32,000 nucleotides of DNA from Candidatus Saccharimonadota bacterium (GTDB taxonomy: Bacteria > Pseudomonadota > Gammaproteobacteria > Enterobacterales > Enterobacteriaceae), in assembly GCF_000973505.1 (NCBI RefSeq), contig NZ_CP010048.1:210001-242000 (forward strand), given 5' to 3'. Below are positions 26,998 to 32,000 of this stretch, one piece after another. The position numbers and the translations under genes are program-made. Position 1 is the first letter of the stretch, and each line of letters begins with the position of its first letter. Below the pieces are notes generated by a model. The model was not told where the DNA came from and ran no database searches. It saw nothing but the letters and a program-made list of their open reading frames with translations.

Positions 26998-27074
26998 AAA
27001 ATTTATATCAAAAGTAATAATAAAAAATATTGTAAGTATTTTTCAACTAATTATTTATATATCGGTGGGATTTT

Positions 27075-27902
27075 GTGGTAGTTATAAAATGTAATCCTAC
27101 GTCTCCAGGTAGACGACATCTTGTTAAAGTGATAAGGCCGTATCTTCATAAAGGGAGGCCTTGTTATTCCTTATTAAGAAAACGTATTCATTCTGGTGGA
27201 AGAAATCATCATGGACATATTACGACTCGTCATATCGGGGGTGGTCATAAACGTTATTATCGTTTAATTGATTTTAAGCGTGACAAGGATAATATTCAAG
27301 CAGTAGTGGAACGTTTAGAATATGATCCTAATCGATCTGCTGATATTGCTTTATTGTTATACGCAGATGGTGAACGGCGTTATATTTTGTCTCCGAAGGG
27401 GTTGACAGTTGGTGATCGAGTACAGTCTGGAATGAGTACACCAATTAATGTTGGAAATGCTTTACCAATATATAAAATTCCAGTAGGTTCTGTAGTGCAT
27501 AATATAGAACTTAATCCTGGCGGAGGTGGAAAGTTAGTTCGTGCAGCTGGTTCATATGCACAGATTGTTTCTTATGATGTTAAGTATGTTTCCATTCGTT
27601 TACGTTCTGGTGAGATTCGGAAAATACAGTCTGAATGTCGTGCTACTGTTGGAGAAGTTAGTAATTCTGAACATATGTTGCGAGTGTTGGGTAAAGCAGG
27701 TGCTAAACGGTGGTTGGGTATTCGACCAACTGTTCGAGGAACGGCTATGAATCCAATTGATCATCCCCACGGGGGGGGGGAGGGAAGAAATTTTGGAAAA
27801 CACCCAGTATCTCCGTTAGGGGTGCCTACGAAAGGTAAAAAAACACGTAATAATAAACGTACTGATCGATTTATTATACATACTCGAACTCGAAATAGGT
27901 AA
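27075..27902 (+). CDS. rplB: 50S ribosomal protein L2 (GTG start)
   Basis: 275 aa. (M)[18 protein letters not shown]... vs E. coli [19 protein letters not shown]. Also [57 protein letters not shown] and [46 protein letters not shown]. The homology-supported start codon is the GTG at 27075, preceded by GGTGGGA. Confidence 0.97.
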   Translation: MVVIKCNPTSPGRRHLVKVIRPYLHKGRPCYSLLRKRIHSGGRNHHGHITTRHIGGGHKRYYRLIDFKRDKDNIQAVVERLEYDPNRSADIALLLYADGERRYILSPKGLTVGDRVQSGMSTPINVGNALPIYKIPVGSVVHNIELNPGGGGKLVRAAGSYAQIVSYDVKYVSIRLRSGEIRKIQSECRATVGEVSNSEHMLRVLGKAGAKRWLGIRPTVRGTAMNPIDHPHGGGEGRNFGKHPVSPLGVPTKGKKTRNNKRTDRFIIHTRTRNR

Positions 27903-27918
27903 TTTAAGGATAATTTTT

Positions 27919-28197
27919 ATGCCTCGTTCTCTTAAAAAAGGTCCATTTATTGATTTGCATTTACTAAGGAAGGTTGATAAAGCTGTGAAGAACAATGATA
28001 GACGGCCTATTCGTACTTGGTCACGGCGTTCAACAATTTTTCCAAATATGGTTGGTTTAACTATTGCTGTTCATAATGGTCGTCAGCATATACCTGTTTT
28101 TATCGCTGATGAAATGGTAGGACATAAGCTTGGTGAATTTTCTCCTACTCGTCTTTATCGTGGGCATTCGGCTGATAAAAGAGTTAAAAAACGTTAG
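27919..28197 (+). CDS. rpsS: 30S ribosomal protein S19
   Basis: 92 aa. [23 protein letters not shown]...[56 protein letters not shown] is nearly identical to E. coli S19. Confidence 0.98.
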   Translation: MPRSLKKGPFIDLHLLRKVDKAVKNNDRRPIRTWSRRSTIFPNMVGLTIAVHNGRQHIPVFIADEMVGHKLGEFSPTRLYRGHSADKRVKKR

Positions 28198-28257
28198 TTG
28201 TGTTATTTTTTTATTATATTGTGTTTTTTTATTATGTTATTATGAGAATATTATATT

Positions 28258-28605
28258 ATGCAAAGTAAAAAATGTTTAGTCAGTGTAGCTAGGTGTCGTT
28301 ATATTCGAATTTCCGCTCAAAAAATACGTTTAGTAGTAAACGAAATTCGGGGTAAAGCTGTTTTACAAGCAATTAATATTTTAAGTTTTACTAATAAAAA
28401 AGCTTCTAGGATAGTAAAAAAAGTATTATTATCAGCTGTTGCAAATGCGAGACATAATTATGCTTTAGACGTTGAAAGTTTAAAAATTACAAAAATTTTT
28501 GTTGATGTTGGTCCTAGTTTAAAACGTATAATGCCTAGAGCTAAGGGGCGTGCTGATCATATTTTGAAGCGTACTAGTCATGTTACTGTAGTTGTTTCTA
28601 ACTAG
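28258..28605 (+). CDS. rplV: 50S ribosomal protein L22
   Basis: 115 aa. ...R.SAQK.RLV...IRGK.V.QA..IL.FTNKKA...VKKVL.SA.ANA.HN......[35 protein letters not shown] matches E. coli L22. Confidence 0.96.
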   Translation: MQSKKCLVSVARCRYIRISAQKIRLVVNEIRGKAVLQAINILSFTNKKASRIVKKVLLSAVANARHNYALDVESLKITKIFVDVGPSLKRIMPRAKGRADHILKRTSHVTVVVSN

Positions 28606-28669
28606 TTATAATGAATGTTGGTTTTGTATTTGATTGATTGTGTTTAGACGATCTTGAGGTTTAATGTAA

Positions 28670-29374
28670 ATGGGTCAAAAAGTAAATCCTAATGGGATGC
28701 GGTTAGGTATCATCAAGTCTTGGCAGTCTACTTGGTATGCAAATAGTCGAGATTTTTCTGCTAATCTAAAAAGTGATTTTAAAGTACGTCAGTTTTTAAT
28801 GAGAGAATTATCTAAAGCTTTAGTATCTCGTATTATTATAGAACGTCCAGCTAAAAGTATTCGTGTAACTATTTATACTGCTCGTCCCGGAATTGCGATT
28901 GGGAAAAAAGGAGAGGATGTTGAAAAATTGCGTAAATGTGTTGCTAATATAGCCGGTGTTCCTGCGCAAATTAATATTTTTGAAGTCCGTAAGCCAGAAT
29001 TAGATGCTAAATTATTAGCGGATAATTTGTCTTCGCAATTAGCAAAGCGTGTTATGTTTAGAAGAGCTATGAGGCGTATTGTGCAAAGTTCTATGAGACT
29101 TGGAGCTAAGGGAATTAAGGTAGAAGTAAGTGGTCGGCTTGGTGGGGCGGAAATTGCACGAACTGAATGGTATCGTGAAGGTCGTGTTCCATTGCATACT
29201 TTACGTGCTGATATTGATTATAGTACTTCTGAAGCGCATACTACATATGGCATTATTGGAGTAAAAGTGTGGATTTTTAGAGGTGAGATTTTGGGTAAAT
29301 ATATTCCAGATGCTGAACAAGTTGAGATGTTTGTTCAGTCTAAGAGACAGCAGTTTCGTAAATTACGTAAATAA
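28670..29374 (+). CDS. rpsC: 30S ribosomal protein S3
   Basis: 234 aa. [21 protein letters not shown]...[75 protein letters not shown]...[79 protein letters not shown] matches E. coli S3. Confidence 0.98.
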   Translation: MGQKVNPNGMRLGIIKSWQSTWYANSRDFSANLKSDFKVRQFLMRELSKALVSRIIIERPAKSIRVTIYTARPGIAIGKKGEDVEKLRKCVANIAGVPAQINIFEVRKPELDAKLLADNLSSQLAKRVMFRRAMRRIVQSSMRLGAKGIKVEVSGRLGGAEIARTEWYREGRVPLHTLRADIDYSTSEAHTTYGIIGVKVWIFRGEILGKYIPDAEQVEMFVQSKRQQFRKLRK

Positions 29375-29414
29375 TTTTAATTTAAAAAAAATAAATAGGG
29401 AATATGTACATATT

Positions 29415-29828
29415 ATGTTGCAACCAAAGCGAACTAAGTTTCGTAAAATGCAAAAGGGTCGTAATCGGGGCATGGTTGTAGATGCTGTATTAAATTTTGG
29501 GCGTTTTGGGTTAAAATCCATTAATTATGGGCGATTGAGTTCTGCTCAAATTGAAGCGGCTCGTCGGGTTATTTCTCGTTCCATTAAACGACAGGGGAAA
29601 ATTTGGATTTGCGTATTTCCGGATAAGCCAATTACGGAAAAACCTCTTGAGGTACGTATGGGAAAGGGAAAAGGTAATATAGAATATTGGGTAGCTTTAG
29701 TACAACCAGGACGATTGTTATATGAAATGGATGGAGTTTCAGAATCTGTAGCACGTGATGCATTTAAATTAGCAGCATCGAAGTTACCTATTAAAACTAT
29801 TATGGTAGTTAAGGATAGTCAAGCATGA
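29415..29828 (+). CDS. rplP: 50S ribosomal protein L16
   Basis: 137 aa from the ATG at 29415. [19 protein letters not shown]... matches E. coli L16. The 44-codon extension in the track ORF overlaps rpsC out of frame and has no homology. Its stop overlaps the rpmC start (ATGA). Confidence 0.97.
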   Translation: MLQPKRTKFRKMQKGRNRGMVVDAVLNFGRFGLKSINYGRLSSAQIEAARRVISRSIKRQGKIWICVFPDKPITEKPLEVRMGKGKGNIEYWVALVQPGRLLYEMDGVSESVARDAFKLAASKLPIKTIMVVKDSQA

Positions 29829-30049
29829 GCGCATTTTCTAAGGTAAAAAAGAATAAGGAGTTTTCTAAGAACAATTACCAAGAGTTGCGATTGGAGTTAT
29901 TGAATTTATTGCGTAAAAGATTTTATTTTTATACTCAGTTTAAAATAGGTCAATTAAAACAGACACACTTATTAAGAGGAGTGCGTCGTGATGTTGCTCG
30001 AATAAAATTTTTATTATTAAAAAGTAATTCAAAAAAACATAAAACATAA
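29825..30049 (+). CDS. rpmC: 50S ribosomal protein L29 (about 11 aa longer than the E. coli protein)
   Basis: 74 aa. ...ELR.ELLNLLR..F........[18 protein letters not shown] matches E. coli L29 ([45 protein letters not shown]). This is the only in-frame ATG, and it sits between rplP and rpsQ. Confidence 0.9.
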   Translation: MSAFSKVKKNKEFSKNNYQELRLELLNLLRKRFYFYTQFKIGQLKQTHLLRGVRRDVARIKFLLLKSNSKKHKT

Positions 30050-30060
30050 AGGTTGTGTAA

Positions 30061-30312
30061 ATGTCTAAAGTGCGAGTGTTGTATGGTCGTGTACTTAGTA
30101 GTAAGATGGATAAAACGGTTGTTGTTGTTATTGATCGATGTGTGAAACATTCTTTATATGGAAAATTTATTAAGCGAACAACTAAGTTGCATGTTCATGA
30201 TGAGTGCAATAATGCCCGTGTTGGTGATGTGGTTTCGATAAAAGAGTGTCGCCCTATTTCTAAAACTAAGTCATGGAAATTAGTATCTGTTGTGGAAACA
30301 ACAGTTTTATAG
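30061..30312 (+). CDS. rpsQ: 30S ribosomal protein S17
   Basis: 83 aa. ...[34 protein letters not shown]....GDVV.I.ECRP.SKTKSW.LV.VVE..VL matches E. coli S17. Confidence 0.97.
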   Translation: MSKVRVLYGRVLSSKMDKTVVVVIDRCVKHSLYGKFIKRTTKLHVHDECNNARVGDVVSIKECRPISKTKSWKLVSVVETTVL

Positions 30313-30400
30313 TTGTTATGAATTGTTGTTACTGAAAGAATTTTCAATTATTTTTTATCTTTTTTTTATTTTTTTATGTATATTGTTGAGGTGTTTCATT

Positions 30401-30772
30401 ATGATTCAAGAGAGTAGTATTTTAAGTGTTGCTGATAATTCTGGAGCACGTCGTGTGATGTGTATTAAAGTTTTGGGGGGGTCTAAACGTCGGTATGCTA
30501 ATATTGCTGATATTATTAAAGTTACTATTAAGGAAGCAAATCCTCGTAGTAAAGTGAAAAAAGGTGATGTATTGAAAGCTGTTGTTGTTCGTACAAAGAA
30601 AGGTTTATCTCGTTTAGATGGTTCATTTATTCGATTTGATAATAACGCTTGTGTTTTGCTTCATGATGTTACTGAACAGCCGATCGGAACTCGTATTTTT
30701 GGTCCAATTACTCGTGAGTTGCGTATTGAAAAATTTAATAAAATTGTTTCTTTAGCACCTGAAGTTTTATAA
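30401..30772 (+). CDS. rplN: 50S ribosomal protein L14 (first gene of the spc operon)
   Basis: 123 aa from the ATG at 30401. [33 protein letters not shown]...[44 protein letters not shown]......[33 protein letters not shown] at 30388-30393. The track ORF extension from 30290 overlaps rpsQ and has no homology. Confidence 0.98.
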   Translation: MIQESSILSVADNSGARRVMCIKVLGGSKRRYANIADIIKVTIKEANPRSKVKKGDVLKAVVVRTKKGLSRLDGSFIRFDNNACVLLHDVTEQPIGTRIFGPITRELRIEKFNKIVSLAPEVL

Positions 30773-30804
30773 GTATTTTAATGATTTTGCTGGAGTATGA
30801 CATC

Positions 30805-31119
30805 ATGGCAAGAAAAATTCGTTGTAATGATGAAGTGATTGTGTTAACTGGTAAAGATAAGGGAAAACGCGGAAGAGTTCAGAGTATAGTATCTCCAAAT
30901 AAAGCTATTATTACAGGCATTAATGTCGTTAAAAAACATCAAAAACCGATACCTGCAATAAATCAACCTGGTGGTGTTATTAAAAAAGAAAAGGCGATTG
31001 ATCTTTCTAATGTCGCGATATTTAATCATTCTTCCTTTAAGGCGGATCGGGTAGGATTTAGAATGCAAGGTTGTAAAAAAGTACGAATTTTGAAGTCCTC
31101 TGGAAAGGTGATTGATTAA
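30805..31119 (+). CDS. rplX: 50S ribosomal protein L24
   Basis: 104 aa from the ATG at 30805. [24 protein letters not shown]........K.I..GIN.VKKHQKP.PA.NQPGG...KE.AI..SNVAIFN.....KADRVGFR....KKVR..KS matches E. coli L24. GGAG lies 9 nt upstream. Confidence 0.97.
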   Translation: MARKIRCNDEVIVLTGKDKGKRGRVQSIVSPNKAIITGINVVKKHQKPIPAINQPGGVIKKEKAIDLSNVAIFNHSSFKADRVGFRMQGCKKVRILKSSGKVID

Positions 31120-31155
31120 ATATTTATTAACAATGATATGGGAGTTTTATATTTC

Positions 31156-31695
31156 ATGAGGTTGTATGATTTTTATAAGAAAAATGTGATTCCTCAATTG
31201 ATGAAAAAATTTCAATATACGTCAGTTATGCAGGTTCCTTGTTTTCAGAAAATAACTATTAATATGGGTGTTGGTGGCTCAGTATCTGATAAAAAGTTGT
31301 TGGATAGTGCAATGAATGATTTGATGATTATTTCTGGTCAAAAGCCTATTTTGACATATGCCCGTAAGTCTATTGCTAGTTTTAAAATTCGTCAGGGGCA
31401 TCCAATTGGATGTAAAGTTACCTTACGTAATTTTCGCATGTGGGAGTTTTTTGAGCGTTTAATTTTTATTGTTATTCCACGTATTCGTGATTTTCGTGGT
31501 TTGTCTTCTAAGTCATTTGATACCAGTGGTAATTATAGTTTAGGAATACGTGAGCAGATTATTTTTCCTGAAATTGATTATGATAAGGTTGATACTATTC
31601 GTGGGATGGATATTACTATTACTATAAATTCTAGATCGTATGATGAAAGTTATGCTTTATTATGTTCATTTAATTTTCCGTTTCGACGTAGTTAA
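31156..31695 (+). CDS. rplE: 50S ribosomal protein L5
   Basis: 179 aa from the ATG at 31156 ([28 protein letters not shown]...KIT.NMGVG vs E. coli [29 protein letters not shown]). Also [25 protein letters not shown]...MWEFFERLI....[41 protein letters not shown]. An alternative ATG at 31138 adds 6 non-homologous codons. Confidence 0.96.
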   Translation: MRLYDFYKKNVIPQLMKKFQYTSVMQVPCFQKITINMGVGGSVSDKKLLDSAMNDLMIISGQKPILTYARKSIASFKIRQGHPIGCKVTLRNFRMWEFFERLIFIVIPRIRDFRGLSSKSFDTSGNYSLGIREQIIFPEIDYDKVDTIRGMDITITINSRSYDESYALLCSFNFPFRRS

Positions 31696-31767
31696 TTATT
31701 AATCTTACAGAATGAATAACTAACAATGTTGATGCAATAAAAAAAAATTATGGAGGAATAGAAACAA

Positions 31768-32000
31768 GTGGCTAAGGAATCACTTAAAGCACGTGAGTTA
31801 AAGCGTTTAAAGTTAGCTAATAAATATTTTTTCAAGCGGCGTTCATTAAAATCTATTATTTTGAATATGAAAATTTCTCAAGAAGAACGTTGGGAGGCTG
31901 TTCTTAAATTGCAGATGCTTCCTCGGGATTCTAGTGTTTCACGGCAACGTAAACGGTGTTATCAAACTGGACGTCCTCATGCTGTTTTGAGAAAATTTGG
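31768..32000 (+). CDS. rpsN: 30S ribosomal protein S14, N-terminal ~77 codons (3' end outside the window); GTG start
   Basis: (M)[30 protein letters not shown].......[40 protein letters not shown] matches E. coli S14 ([31 protein letters not shown]...[38 protein letters not shown]). GTG at 31768 with GGAGGA 10 nt upstream. Confidence 0.95.
   Translation, partial: MAKESLKARELKRLKLANKYFFKRRSLKSIILNMKISQEERWEAVLKLQMLPRDSSVSRQRKRCYQTGRPHAVLRKF

Noticed and set aside
30326-30354. Sigma70-like hexamers TTGTTA-17 nt-TATTTT in the rpsQ-rplN spacer, as a candidate spc operon promoter. Similar TATAAT-like strings occur in most spacers.
   Set aside because: In DNA this AT-rich, -10/-35-like hexamers with acceptable spacing occur very frequently by chance. 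Sequence alone cannot discriminate real promoters.

Overview
This is a very AT-rich, gene-dense stretch of a reduced gammaproteobacterial (Enterobacterales-type) genome. It looks like an insect endosymbiont, possibly Blochmannia-like, but that is inference only and needs a database search. I call 35 protein genes and 6 tRNA genes, all recognisable housekeeping orthologues. In order they are: cysC (3' end), ftsB, nlpD, mutS(-), alaS, csrA, tRNA-Ser, tRNA-Arg, ffh, rpsP-rimM-trmD-rplS, aroF-tyrA, pheA(-), bamD(-), rluD, clpB, murB-birA, tRNA-Thr/Tyr/Gly/Thr and bfr. These are followed by the S10 operon (rpsJ through rpsQ) and the start of the spc operon (rplN, rplX, rplE, rpsN 5' part). Gene order is E. 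coli-like in three collinear blocks with many deletions. I find no mobile element, CRISPR array, prophage, toxin-antitoxin pair, defence island or orphan multi-gene cluster, so I cannot support a claim of a novel system here. The points worth a second look are domain- and site-level remodelling of conserved genes. pheA lacks its chorismate mutase domain and has degenerate allosteric motifs. birA lacks its DNA-binding domain. bfr lacks the Met52 haem ligand. Other observations: synteny breakpoints that coincide with the rrn and tuf repeats of E. coli, tRNA genes without encoded CCA, and long homopolymer tracts inside mutS and rplB. There are also a 968-bp non-coding spacer, short perfect tandem duplications in spacers, strong G+T strand asymmetry and unusually frequent TAG stops.
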